A stretch of DNA of 64,000 nt, from positions 5,408,001 to 5,472,000 of the forward strand of contig CBDETY010000003.1 of NCBI GenBank assembly GCA_965243025.1, given 5' to 3'. Below, piece after piece: positions 9,739-20,229 of the stretch. Origin of the DNA: Candidatus Latescibacterota bacterium. GTDB lineage: Bacteria; Latescibacterota; UBA2968; UBA8231. The translations under genes were made by a program, and so were the position numbers. The first letter of the stretch is position 1. Each line of letters begins with the position of its first letter. Below the pieces are notes generated by a model that did not search any database, was not told where the DNA came from, and worked only from the letters and a program-made list of their open reading frames with translations.

Positions 9739-12144
9739 TTACTCCACCGTCAGGGGCAGCGTCCCGGAGACCTCCGCGGGGGGCATGCAGCGGCTGTCGT
9801 CGCAGGCCTGGTACTGCAGCAGCAGCCGCAGCTCCCCGGAGGCGCCGGCAGGGGCTCCGGCTTCTACCGTCCCGGCAAGCGCGGTTCCCCCGTCGTAGAC
9901 CGACAGGGTCTCACCGAGGGCCTCGAGAAACAGCGGCCGCCCCGGTGGGTAGTCGACCGAGGCGAGCCGCACTGGCAGGTCGGAGTTGGCGATCAGCGAG
10001 GTCGGTATCAGCCAGTCGTGGGAGGCGGGGTTCGAGTTGACGTGCCAGCCTTCGGCCAGGCGCAGCACGAGCCGGAAGCCGGCGCTGCCGCCGGGATTCA
10101 ACAGCAGCTCCGCCGGGGACGTCTCCAGCGCGAGGATTTCCGGTTTGAGGGGCGCCTCGCCAGGGTCGGGACCGCCGCGCCCCGGGAGCTCCCGACCCGG
10201 TGGGACTGCGGCTTTCCGGTCCCCGGTCAGGTAGTCGGCGGCCGCGGCCGCCAGGTGGGTATACGCCGCAGGGCTGGAGACCGCCGCTCCGGCGAAGAGG
10301 CGGAGGATCCCGGCGGCATGATCCCTGTAGGAAGAGTCCCCGGTCGTCCCCGCCAGCTGCAGGAGGCAGACCGCGGCCACGGCGTTGGGCGACGGCAGCG
10401 CCGAGTCGGTGCCGGTGGTGCTGCGCGCGATAAGGTCGGCCCCTCCCTCGGAAAAGAAGAAGCCGCCCCCCTCCGGGTCGCGGAAACGGCCGATCATTTC
10501 GTCGCAGATACCCCGCGCCTCGGCAAGCCACTGCTCCTCGCCGGTCGCCCGGTGAAGGGCGAGCAGGCCTTCGGCGAGGAAGGCGTAATCCTCGAGGAAG
10601 GCGCGCTGTTTCGCGGTCTCGTTGCGGTACACCCTCTTCAGCTCTCCGGACTTCGAGCGCATCCGCTCGAGCAGGAAGCGGGCGGCCTTTTCGGCGCGAA
10701 GCCGGTAGCGGGAGTCGTCGAAGGCCGCCGCGGCCTCGGCGCAGGCGGCGATCATCATGCCGTTCCAGGAGGTGATGATCTTGTCGTCGAGGAGGGGATA
10801 CTCCCGTTCGTCCCTGGCCTTGCGCAGGGAGGTGCGCAGGGGTTCGAGGCGCGCCTCCAGGTCTGCCTCGGACCACCCCCTTGCAGCGGCGATGCGGCCG
10901 GCGTCGCCGCGCCGGAACACCACCTCCTCATCCCCCTCAGGCATCGGCGCGAGCCCGTGGATCTCGAAGAACAGACCCACCTGCTCCGGTCCCAGGAGAT
11001 CGCGGATCCCCGCCTCGGTCCAGATGTAGTACTTCCCCTCGACGGTTTCGGTCTCGGCGTCGAGAGCGGAGTAGAAGGGGCCCTCCGGGGAGGTCATCTC
11101 CCTGTCGACGAAGCGGAAGATGTCCTCGGCCACGAGGCGCCAGCGTTCGTCGCCGGTCAGGGAGAAGGCGCGGGTGTAGAGGCGGGCGAGCTGCGCCTGG
11201 TTGTAGAGCATCTTCTCGAAGTGGGGGACGCGCCAGCGCGCGTCGGTGGCGTAGCGGTGGAAGCCGCCGCCGACCTGGTCGTAGATCCCCCCGTCCGCCA
11301 TCGCCCGCAGCGTGTGGTCGACGACGGCGGCCGCTTTTGGGCGCCGCCCGGCCACCCACGGATGCATAAGGAACTCGAGGTCGATGGAGGGCGGAAACTT
11401 GGGGGCGCCGCCGAAGCCCCCGTTGGCGCCGTCGTAGCGGCCGAGAATCGCGTCGGCCGCGGCGAGGACGAGGGTGGTGTCCGGATCCCGGGGGGGAGCC
11501 GGGCCCGCCGACAGCCTTGCCCGTATCGCCGCGGCGACCTCGGCAGCGGTACCGTCGACCCGCTCCCTGCTGTTGAGCCAGTGGTGGCGGAGGTTGCGCA
11601 GCAGGGACGGAAAGCCGGGGCGGCCGTAGCGGTCCTCCGGCGGGAAGTAGGTGCCGGCGTAGAAAGGCTCGAGATCCGGCGTCATGAAGACCGAGTTCGG
11701 CCACCCGCCGTGGCGGGTCATCAGCTGGGTGGCCGCCATGTAGATCCGGTCGATGTCGGGGCGTTCCTCGCGGTCGACCTTGACGTTGACGAACCACTGG
11801 TTCATCAGGGCGGCGATCTCCGGGTCGGCGAAAACCTCCCGCTCCATCACGTGGCACCAGTAACAGGTGCTGTACCCGACCGAGAGAAAGATCGGCAGGT
11901 CCTCGCGCCGCGCCCTGGCGAACGCCTCCTCCCCCCAGGGGTACCAGTCGACCGGGTTGTGGGCGTGCAGCAGCAGGTAGGGGCTGGTCTCCCCGGCGAG
12001 GCGGTTGGAATGCGAAGTGTCGGAGGGGGCGTTTCCCGCCGCCGAACTGCCCGGGGTCAGGCAGAGCAGGGCGGATGCCAGGCAGGCAGCGGGAAAGAGC
12101 CCTGAGAGGCGGGACACCAGGCCCGAATCGGTGGAGACAGTCAA
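9739..12144 (-). CDS. YyaL/SSP411 (DUF255) thioredoxin-domain protein with C-terminal DsbD-N-like domain; start uncertain
   Basis: [55 protein letters not shown]; C-terminal GWHVNSNP...[12 protein letters not shown]. Confidence 0.88.
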   Translation of the reverse strand: MTVSTDSGLVSRLSGLFPAACLASALLCLTPGSSAAGNAPSDTSHSNRLAGETSPYLLLHAHNPVDWYPWGEEAFARARREDLPIFLSVGYSTCYWCHVMEREVFADPEIAALMNQWFVNVKVDREERPDIDRIYMAATQLMTRHGGWPNSVFMTPDLEPFYAGTYFPPEDRYGRPGFPSLLRNLRHHWLNSRERVDGTAAEVAAAIRARLSAGPAPPRDPDTTLVLAAADAILGRYDGANGGFGGAPKFPPSIDLEFLMHPWVAGRRPKAAAVVDHTLRAMADGGIYDQVGGGFHRYATDARWRVPHFEKMLYNQAQLARLYTRAFSLTGDERWRLVAEDIFRFVDREMTSPEGPFYSALDAETETVEGKYYIWTEAGIRDLLGPEQVGLFFEIHGLAPMPEGDEEVVFRRGDAGRIAAARGWSEADLEARLEPLRTSLRKARDEREYPLLDDKIITSWNGMMIAACAEAAAAFDDSRYRLRAEKAARFLLERMRSKSGELKRVYRNETAKQRAFLEDYAFLAEGLLALHRATGEEQWLAEARGICDEMIGRFRDPEGGGFFFSEGGADLIARSTTGTDSALPSPNAVAAVCLLQLAGTTGDSSYRDHAAGILRLFAGAAVSSPAAYTHLAAAAADYLTGDRKAAVPPGRELPGRGGPDPGEAPLKPEILALETSPAELLLNPGGSAGFRLVLRLAEGWHVNSNPASHDWLIPTSLIANSDLPVRLASVDYPPGRPLFLEALGETLSVYDGGTALAGTVEAGAPAGASGELRLLLQYQACDDSRCMPPAEVSGTLPLTVE

Positions 12145-12439
12145 TCGAAGCTGTCGGTCAAGGGTGGTTGGCGGGAATGCCCGTTCAATCCGGTACCGGG
12201 TCTTCGGCCCGGCGCAATCAGGATCACAGGGGTGCGCGTTGCTCCATCGCTTCCCGGGGACCGGGCCCCATGGTTTCGGTGGCGAGGTGATCCCTCCGCG
12301 GTCGCGGCGGACCGTCCACTCCTTCTGCTGGGAATCGCGGCTGCTGGGGACGGTCGGTAGCGGGTGTGCTTTATATGCGGCGCTTACGTCAAACTTTGGG
12401 GGAAGATATGCCATTATCCAGTTTTTTTTACTGGCCCGA

Positions 12440-12690
12440 CGAAATCGTTCGGCTCCGGGTAGCTGACCGGTATCGCTTCGACCTTGGTGATCTTCAACAC
12501 GACCTCACAGTCACCGATGGGGTGGCCGGCGCCGGCGCCGTTGGAACAGCTCGAGGGTGATGCCGTCCGGGTCCCGAGGTAGCAGGCCTTGGCCCCTGCG
12601 TCGGGGCCGACGGTGACCGCAGCCGGGCCGGGACGTTCGCCGAGCTCGTCGACGCCTGTCGGGAGGAGAGCTTCCGGCACAGGCCAGTCA
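12440..12690 (-). pseudogene. Fragments: 3' end of a VOC/glyoxalase gene (frameshifted) followed by the first ~20 codons of an enolase-superfamily gene
   Basis: Manual translation gives GAKACYL/DPDGITLELFQ across a frameshift, then [19 protein letters not shown], which stops abruptly. Confidence 0.5.
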
Positions 12691-12699
12691 CCCACACCT

Positions 12700-12915
12700 G
12701 CCAGCGCGAATATAGTCTCCCGGGTAATGCCCTCCAAGATGTTGGCGTACGGGGTGAGCAGGGTGCTGTTACGTAGCGCAAAGACATTTATATCGGGCTG
12801 CCTCGGCTGCATAGCCGTTCACATATAGGTAAATACCGTCGTCAGCTCCTGCCTGGTTTGCCTCCATGCGCATCACCAGATTCAGAAAATTCAAGCTCTT
12901 TACCTTAGAATCGCA
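12700..12915 (-). pseudogene. Internal fragment of a class IV (IlvE-like) aminotransferase
   Basis: SKVKSLNFLNLVMRMEANQAGADDGIYLYVNGYAAEAARY / NVFALRNSTLLTPYANILEGITRETIFALA with one frameshift; no start or end. Confidence 0.7.
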
Positions 12916-13366
12916 TGCTCCTTCGATACGCCGGACTTCAATTTCCAGATGCGCCAGTCAGGCCAGTATCGAGGACAGTACACAATCTCGAAGAAGGCAA
13001 GGCCGCTGCTCCGGGAAATTGAAGAAACCCTCCGAGTTGCACAAAAGAAGCCTTGACCTTTTTCGTCTAAAGAGTTTTCGTCTGAAGAGATCGATAATGC
13101 CCGTTGTTTTTCTACACTCGGAGACGAGTCCGTGTTTCACCCGGTACCGGAGGGGCATGCTCCACTTGTCGAAGGGAAAAAAGCACCGCCTCACTGGTGC
13201 GGACATCGGGTCCACCGTTCTTGACTGTTACCGCAGCTCTCCGTGAGTTTGATGTAGCAAAGTTCATCCAGCGATTGTCATGTTCCCTGACTACGAGTCC
13301 AAGTTGACAGGCAAAGCTGTAGGCCTGCGCAGAAGACGCTGCCAAACACCGTTCGGAGTATGAGCC

Positions 13367-14515
13367 ATGGCCTCCCCAGGCATCACTCGCATCGAGAACG
13401 TGTTCTTCGGATATGACGTTCAGGACCTCGGAAGAGACTACAACGGGTTCAACCAGGTCTACGAGAAAGGCGCTGTGGCGAAGTCGTCGGCATGCGTCGT
13501 GCGACTGCACACGAGTATCGGCGTTACGGGCGTCTACAGCGGTCCACCGGTACCGGAGGAAGTGGCGCAGTATCTATTGGGGAGGAACCCGTTCCAGCGG
13601 GAGCGGATCTACAACGATCTCAAGCGCGGGTTGCGGCACACGGACCGCACGGCGATCTGTTCGGTCGACGTGGCTCTGTGGGATTTCGCGGGCAAGGTGT
13701 ACGAGGCGCCGATTCACCAGCTTCTCGGTGGATGGCGAGAGAAGCTGCCGGCCTATGCCTCGACCTATCACGGCGACGACAACGGCGGGCTGAGCACGCC
13801 CGAGCAGTTTTCAGATTTCGCCGAGCAGTGTCTGGAGATCGGCTACAAGGCATTCAAGATCCACGGCTGGGGGAACGGGCCGATGAAGCGGGAAGTAGAC
13901 AACGTGTTGGAGATGGGCAAGCGCGTCGGCGACCGCATGGACTTGATGGTCGATCCGGCCTGTGAATACGAGACCTGGGCCGACGCCCTGCGCATCGGTC
14001 GCGCCTGCGACGAAGCGGGCTTCTTCTGGCTCGAGGATGCCTACAAGGATGGCGGTGTGTCGATTTTCGCCCACCGGAAGCTACGGCAGTTGATCAAGAC
14101 GCCTATCCTGCAGACGGAGCACATCTTCGGGCTCGAGCAGCACGTGGACTTCATCGTCCACGAGGGGACCGATTTCGTGCGCACCGGAGTGTACGAGGAT
14201 GGAGGGATTACCGGCGCCATGAAGGTTGCCCACGCCGCGGAAGGTTTCGGCCTGGACGTCGAATTCCACGGCGGCGGGCTGGCACACCGGCACTGCATTG
14301 CCGCGATCCGCAATACGAACTACTACGAGAACGGACTGCTGCACCCGCTTGTCGAGAGGACGAAGCCGCCGATCCTGCCGCCTGAGTTCAGCGACGAACT
14401 GGAGAATGTGGACGGCGATGGCTGCGTGCCGGTGCCGGATGGCCCGGGGCTGGGGGTAGAGCTCGACTGGGACTACATCGAAGCGAACAAGACGGGGGAG
14501 CAGGTGTTCGAGTAG
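13367..14515 (+). CDS. Mandelate racemase/muconate lactonizing enzyme family protein
   Basis: VDVALWDFAGK, GYKAFKIH, LMVDP, WLED, GGITGAMK, VPDGPGLGVELD. Confidence 0.9.
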   Translation: MASPGITRIENVFFGYDVQDLGRDYNGFNQVYEKGAVAKSSACVVRLHTSIGVTGVYSGPPVPEEVAQYLLGRNPFQRERIYNDLKRGLRHTDRTAICSVDVALWDFAGKVYEAPIHQLLGGWREKLPAYASTYHGDDNGGLSTPEQFSDFAEQCLEIGYKAFKIHGWGNGPMKREVDNVLEMGKRVGDRMDLMVDPACEYETWADALRIGRACDEAGFFWLEDAYKDGGVSIFAHRKLRQLIKTPILQTEHIFGLEQHVDFIVHEGTDFVRTGVYEDGGITGAMKVAHAAEGFGLDVEFHGGGLAHRHCIAAIRNTNYYENGLLHPLVERTKPPILPPEFSDELENVDGDGCVPVPDGPGLGVELDWDYIEANKTGEQVFE

Positions 14516-14610
14516 GTCAGGGCGAGGAAGAGCGAAGGCTTGCGGATGATCGGCAAGGTGTGTCGGGCTCACGAGCAAGGCGCGTCGCGACACTTGACGG
14601 CTTCTAAAGC

Positions 14611-15996
14611 TCAGGCCTTCGCTTCGAGCTTCGGCGGCGGTGGCGTCAGGCGCCCCTCGCTATCGAAGACCCCGATGCGGTAGTTGCCCTGGGGGTTGCC
14701 GCCCTTGTTGTACGAATAATACTCGACGTCCGTGGTCGGCAAACCAAAGCTTCGGGTGACCGCCCGCCCTTCCTCGTCCTCTTCCTCTTGCCACATGCGC
14801 AACCACTTGCGGACCTCCCCGCCGTCCTCGAGCTGCCCGGCCGCAGCCGCTGCCTCCAGGTCGGCCGCAGCCAGCCAGCGGTGTTCCCCGCTGATCTCCG
14901 GCGCGGCACTGTGCAAGTGATGGCCGTACACCCGGGAGCGCCATTCGCCCGCCCCGCCGTCGGGCGCCACACTGGCAACATCTTGCAACCAGCTGAGCCA
15001 TGGCAGCGGCAGGCCCAGCTGGGCCCGCGCCTGGTTCAGCACAGACCCCATCACATTGCAGACATCCAGTATACTGGCGGTTTCGTCCTCCGCCGCCGCG
15101 TACCGCGGCAAGGCCCAGCCGCCCGCCCCGTCGCCCAGCACCAGCACCCGGCCCTCGCTATCTTCGATCAACAACCGTCCCTCGTCGACTCCGCCCACCG
15201 GCACATCGCGCACCTCCGCGTACTCGCCGTCGCCCCGGTGATAGGGCAGCAGGTGCTTGGCCTCCGGGCGCAAGACGCCGTGGGCCGCACTGGGATAGAT
15301 CGTCGGCCCGCAGGCCGGGGGCGAGGATTTGGCGAAGAACTTCATATAGAGGCCACAGCGGTCGGAATCGCCGTAATTGGGCCGGGCCTCGTGCCAGCAA
15401 AAGCCGTGCATCAAGACCACGTCCCCCTTCTTCAGCCCCGGATCGACAAAGTTGGTCTCCGCCGCCACCGGCACTTGCGCCGCGTCCACCTGGTGCACCC
15501 GCCCGTCCGAGGGTAGCACCTTGGTCTTGCGGTGGGAACCGGGGTCCACGCAGAGCGGCCCCACTTCTTCGGTATAGTCGACAAAGGGAATCACCGCGAA
15601 CATCCATTTGACAAAAGAGCCAACACAGCGCCACGGCTTGTAGTCGAAGTGGGCCCCGCTGCCTTTCACAAAAGGCTCGTCCCCGACCCCGGCCCCCGGC
15701 GGCCTCATAATCGACCAATATTGCACCACCGTCGCCGGCTCGCCGAAGAGCTCTTCTATTGCCCCGACGATCCCCGAGTGCGCCAAGCTGATCTCGGCAA
15801 TCTCCGGATGTTCTGCTAATACCCGCGGTCCCATCGAGTAAACCCCCGGCTGCGGATAGGCCGCCTCTGCTTTAAAGTTGTCGTATGTCCCGTTGGCAAA
15901 AGCGGCGCGGATCGGCCCGGCCAAGCGGTCGACTTCATCCTCGGTCAGCGCGCCCCGCAGGACGTAGAATCCATTTTCTTCGAATTCGGTCTGCAC
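14611..15996 (-). CDS. Phytanoyl-CoA dioxygenase (PhyH) family protein with additional NUDIX-like C-terminal region
   Basis: FEENGFYVLRGAL, HFD iron motif, GPLCVDPGSH, GDVVLMHGFCWHEARPN; C-terminal LLIEDSEGRVLVL..GGWALP resembles a NUDIX start. Confidence 0.72.
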   Translation of the reverse strand: MQTEFEENGFYVLRGALTEDEVDRLAGPIRAAFANGTYDNFKAEAAYPQPGVYSMGPRVLAEHPEIAEISLAHSGIVGAIEELFGEPATVVQYWSIMRPPGAGVGDEPFVKGSGAHFDYKPWRCVGSFVKWMFAVIPFVDYTEEVGPLCVDPGSHRKTKVLPSDGRVHQVDAAQVPVAAETNFVDPGLKKGDVVLMHGFCWHEARPNYGDSDRCGLYMKFFAKSSPPACGPTIYPSAAHGVLRPEAKHLLPYHRGDGEYAEVRDVPVGGVDEGRLLIEDSEGRVLVLGDGAGGWALPRYAAAEDETASILDVCNVMGSVLNQARAQLGLPLPWLSWLQDVASVAPDGGAGEWRSRVYGHHLHSAAPEISGEHRWLAAADLEAAAAAGQLEDGGEVRKWLRMWQEEEDEEGRAVTRSFGLPTTDVEYYSYNKGGNPQGNYRIGVFDSEGRLTPPPPKLEAKA

Positions 15997-16141
15997 AGTT
16001 CAATCCACCTTTTGACGTCGTTGCCACTTATGCCCCTTTGAGATCCGCAAGCATTTTTTGCAGATTTGACGCGATAACTTATATGTTATGCAAGCTAGCG
16101 CCATGACGACCAGGGACCGAAGACGGAAAGTAGGCGCGGGT

Positions 16142-16621
16142 ATGATCCAAGGCATTCACCACACGAGTTTCACGGTGAGCGATCTGGACGCGGCCGAGCG
16201 ATTCTTTGTTGGTCTGATCGGCATGCAGCGTATCGGCGGCGGGGTCTATGATTTCGACTATGTGCGGCGCAGTGTGGGCTATCCGGACGCGACGATGAAC
16301 ATAGCAGTCCTGGCCTTCACGGATCACCAGGCCGGCGAACCCGTGCTGGAGCTGATTCAGTACGTCCAACCCGCCGGCGAGCCGACGGACACAGCCAAGA
16401 ACCGGCCGGGCAACGCCCACGTGTGTTTCGTCGTTTCCGATATCGAGGCGGAAGTCCAACGCCTTCAGGCCGCGGGCGTGGCGTTCAAATCCCCCACCCC
16501 CAATGAAGTTACCTGGGGCATCAATAGGGGCGCCAAGGCGATCAACTTCAACGGACCCGACAACATCGCGCTGGAGCTTTTCGAGCCGGCGCCTGCCACC
16601 GCGGAGAGCGCGCATGAGTGA
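16142..16621 (+). CDS. VOC/glyoxalase family protein
   Basis: IQGIHHTSFTVSDLDAAERFF, LELIQY, HVCFVVSDI, GPDNIALELFE. Confidence 0.88.
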   Translation: MIQGIHHTSFTVSDLDAAERFFVGLIGMQRIGGGVYDFDYVRRSVGYPDATMNIAVLAFTDHQAGEPVLELIQYVQPAGEPTDTAKNRPGNAHVCFVVSDIEAEVQRLQAAGVAFKSPTPNEVTWGINRGAKAINFNGPDNIALELFEPAPATAESAHE

Positions 16622-16715
16622 TGAACCCAGGCAATCCGACATCGGCGTAAATCAGGGCACGTTTGACGAGGTCGCCGGCGCGCGACCGGAACATCCCGAC
16701 AAGCAGGTGCGCATC

Positions 16716-18115
16716 GAGTGATTGTCGGATCCCCCGACGAAGCCCAGCCGATGCCCTAACCGGAGCGCATCCTGGACGGACGCATTATTGTTCTGGTGCC
16801 ATCCCCGCCAGGCATCATCATATACGTTCTGCTCCTGGTTGCCCCGCGTCTGGAATATTTCAACAAGCCGCAGATACTCCTCGGGGGACTTCCACGGATA
16901 GGGATGCCAATACGGGGTGTCGTCCTCAATCTTGCGAGTCTCAGCGACGCTGTTGGTGTGATGCGGTATCGCAATGAACTGCCGCTTCGCATGAATACCT
17001 CGCAATCGTTCGGCGAGCTCATCCGGCCGCCCGCCCGTGATGCCGGCCTCGTCACCGCATACGAGCGGATGGTCGGGGGCTGTGAAGTAATAGTTCTCAT
17101 GACCGCGGTCTGTACCGTTCTCCCACCCAAGAAAGGTGGCAAACACATCATCCGCGTTGAACTCTTCCAGCGCAGCCACGGTCTCTTCCCACTTCTTATC
17201 CCTTGGATTGTGGTCGCCCGGGGCAACAAAGTCCATGTTGAGCGCATCTCTGGCACACATGAGCGCCTCAAGGATGGAGCGTTGTCCGTCCCCCGAGAAG
17301 TCCGTATGCCAGTGGAACTCACCGAAGGCGGCCCGCAATCCGTCCGGCCCTTCCGCCCAGACAGGATTGCCGGTGACAACGAGGCTGTCGTTCTCTCTAC
17401 GTCCATTGGCAATATTCTCATTGGGAGCTAAGGAGCTCATGGGTACACACACCGTTGCCCTCTCAATTCCTGTGGGTGCTGGAAGGTTGTGCAGCAGCGG
17501 GGCTTGAAGTTCTATGGCCGCTGCCGAGCCCAGCCACGTCAACTCACATGTTTGAGGTCGCACGAAGTGACTCGGGTTACCGAAACGGTCCTCAGGGACC
17601 AGCGCAGTGCGCACTGTGCCGTCAGGGCCCGGCATGGGACGACTGTACACGGAAAGCCGCTCGACTGGTCCGGCAGCAACGGACAGAGAACATTCCGATT
17701 GCCGCTCCTCAACCGGGCAAGGCATGTCTGGTGCGAAGTTGTTCGGGACATCAATGGTCCAGATTGAGAGAATGTTGTCGATTCCAGCCCAAATCGGTGG
17801 GATTACGGTCATCTCGAACGCGATCGGCTTCCCCTGTCGAGCGCCATACGGGAGCCGTGCCCGGAAAAGGACGCGTTCCATATTCTGTCCCAGCTCGGAA
17901 GCGCTGGGAAGGACCTTCCAGCGGAAAGTTACATCAGCTTCCCGAACCAGAAACTTCGCATAGCGCCAGGAGAGGAAGGCGCGCAAGCAATGGCTTCGCA
18001 CCTCAATCTGTGTCCCGGCAACATAGTGCTTCTCAGGTCGCCAGACGATGCGATACGTGAACTGCCTGCTCATCGTGCAGTACGCGTTCGGATTTTCGAC
18101 AATTTCCAGGCTCAC
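16716..18115 (-). pseudogene. 3'-truncated PHP-fold metallohydrolase (DUF3604/CehA-McbA-like)
   Basis: FGEFHWHTDFSGDG, DFVAPGDHN, IPHHT, LVEIFQTRG, GFVGGSDNH, then a head-on junction with the truncated start of another gene (16614-16716, +). Confidence 0.65.
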
Positions 18116-18330
18116 CGGGTCCTCCTTGTTCAAGTTCTGGAACACCGAACGTTTAGGATGAGTGGCCCGAAGCAGGCAAACCTGTGGCATCGGTATCATG
18201 CGTCGCGTGCCGGATGGCTAACGGTGCCGGATTGGTCCCTGCCCACTCCATCCTACGGATATTCCCCATATCAAAATATTGGGGTTTAAACTGATTTCAA
18301 CCGCACGGGCAGACGGTGAACCCGCCACGG

Positions 18331-19851
18331 CTACAGCCGTTGTCGCAACTTGCGCGCACGCTCGATCAGCCGCCGGCTGTCCTCGGCCCTGCCCAGCTTT
18401 CTGTAAGCGTCGCTGAGATAGATCAGGGCGCGCTCGTTTTCGGGGTCCAGCTCCAGCGCCCTCTCGTACGCGGCTGCCGCCTCTTCAAAGCGACCCAGCT
18501 TGAAGTGAGTAATCCCGATGCCAACCTGGGCTTCGAAATAGTCCGGGCGCAGCTCGAGCGCCCTGGTAAAATGACCGATCGCCTCCTCTGCCTCGCCCAT
18601 GCGGGCCGTGATCAACCCGAGGCTGCCGAACAGTTCGGGAATGGTGCTGTCGAGGCGGGCGGCGCGCTGAAAGGCCACGCGTGCCGCGGCCAGCTCGCCG
18701 AGGCGGAGGTAGACCTCGCCGAGACGCATATGCCCAACCGGGTCCGTGGGCTCCAAGTCGGCGCTCTTCTGCAAGTACACCGCCGCTTCGGAGAGCCGGT
18801 CCTGCTCGCTGAGAACGAGACCGAGACCGGTGTTGGAATCGCGGTGGTCGGAATCGATCTCGACGGCGCGCTGAAACTCCAGCAAAGCCTGTTCGAGCTC
18901 TCCGGCGAGCATGTGTTTCAAACCGAGGTGGTAGTGGTCTCGCAACGTCCCGATAGAGATCATCGGACCGGCGGGCGGTGTGATCTCGGTATGCAGCCCC
19001 TGCATCTGCCGTCGCAGCTCTTCTGACCTCTTGAGCTCGCGGTGGCCCTCGTCGCGGCGGCCCGTGAACATGTAGAGGTTCCCCAGAATGAGGCGCAGCT
19101 TCGGGGCGCGGGGATTCAGCTCCGCCGCCCTTTCCGTCACCTCGGCGGCTTCCTCGTACCTGCCCAGATCGCGATAAGCCAGTCCGAGCCGGTAGAGGGC
19201 TTCTGCATCAGTAGGCGCAAAGGAAGTGGCTTTGGCGAAGGATGTGGCGGCCTCTTCGGCCAGCCCTCTGTACCTGAGGATGCGGCCGAGCTTCTTGTGG
19301 GCCTGCGCCATCGTCGAATCCACTGACAGGGCGGCGCGGAAGGCATGCTCGGCAAGACGCGTGCTGTCGCGATACCCGTGCATGACCCCGAGGTTGTAGT
19401 GCGGTGAGGCGCGCTCCGGGTCCAGTTCGATCGCATCGCGAAATGCGGCAATGGCGTCTTCGGCGTCCTGTTCCTGGATTTCAGTCCAGGCGCGGGCGGT
19501 GTAGCGGGCGGCGTGGATCGACCCGTGAATCTCGTGCAGGTCGGCGCGTCTGGGCGCCAACGACAGCGCCTTTTCGATGGCGTCGTGCGCCTCGCCGTAT
19601 TTTCCCAACCCCAGCAGAGTTCTCGCTAGGTAGCTGTAGGTGACGTAGTGATTGCCGCCGGCGCTCTCGGCAGTGCGCAGGGCTTGCAGGGCAGCGGACA
19701 GGTCGCCGGCAACGAAATAGCGGACGCCGGCCGCCGTGTCCTCGTCAACCTCGGCATCCCCGCACGACAGGCAGATGGAGCACAGGGTCGAAAACAGCAG
19801 CAGTCTGCGGGGCGACAGGGGAGACCGACTACAGGTGTGGGAAACGGACAA
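18331..19851 (-). CDS. Tetratricopeptide-repeat protein, probable lipoprotein
   Basis: About a dozen TPR-like units (e.g. HYNLGVMH, AYERALELDPEN); lipobox-like CLSC after a hydrophobic stretch. Confidence 0.85.
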   Translation of the reverse strand: MSVSHTCSRSPLSPRRLLLFSTLCSICLSCGDAEVDEDTAAGVRYFVAGDLSAALQALRTAESAGGNHYVTYSYLARTLLGLGKYGEAHDAIEKALSLAPRRADLHEIHGSIHAARYTARAWTEIQEQDAEDAIAAFRDAIELDPERASPHYNLGVMHGYRDSTRLAEHAFRAALSVDSTMAQAHKKLGRILRYRGLAEEAATSFAKATSFAPTDAEALYRLGLAYRDLGRYEEAAEVTERAAELNPRAPKLRLILGNLYMFTGRRDEGHRELKRSEELRRQMQGLHTEITPPAGPMISIGTLRDHYHLGLKHMLAGELEQALLEFQRAVEIDSDHRDSNTGLGLVLSEQDRLSEAAVYLQKSADLEPTDPVGHMRLGEVYLRLGELAAARVAFQRAARLDSTIPELFGSLGLITARMGEAEEAIGHFTRALELRPDYFEAQVGIGITHFKLGRFEEAAAAYERALELDPENERALIYLSDAYRKLGRAEDSRRLIERARKLRQRL

Positions 19852-20108
19852 GCGATCCTCTCGCGACGAGTCGAATAAGATATCTCCAGAATCGCATTCG
19901 CGGAATTGACCGCTCAGGGGCGCCTGGTATGTTCAAAGCATGCGCCGTCTGATGTACCTCAACACACCGCACAAGGGAGGATCTGCCGAGCTTAGGTTTT
20001 GCCGAGCCGGGTCCAGGCCGGCCGCAAAAGCGACGCCCATCATTTCCGCAGTGGCCGTCGCAAGGATACGGTGAAGGCCGTCAGAGGAGCAAGTCCGTGT
20101 ATCCAAAG

Positions 20109-20208
20109 CGATTAGGGCTGGATCTGCCCCTCGATTAGGGCTGGATCTGCCCCTGTGTAGTACGTTGTGAAAGTTATCGGTGTGAAGTACCTTGTGAAAG
20201 TGATGGGT
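20109..20208. repeat. Two adjacent tandem duplications (2x23 bp perfect; 2x27 bp imperfect) in a divergent intergenic region
   Basis: cgattagggctggatctgcccct x2 (20109-20154); gtgtagtacgttgtgaaagttatcggt / gtgaagtaccttgtgaaagtgatgggt (20155-20208). Confidence 0.9.
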
Positions 20209-20229
20209 GCCGCTCACTGGAGCCCTTCT

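Noticed and set aside
1817-12105. Very long opposite-strand ORFs (e.g. 1817-4423, 9490-12105; also 36333-38045)
   Set aside because: They are shadows of recognisable genes in high-GC DNA and carry no motifs
20109-20208. Tandem repeats as a mini CRISPR array
   Set aside because: Units are contiguous with no spacers, there are only two of each, and no cas genes are present
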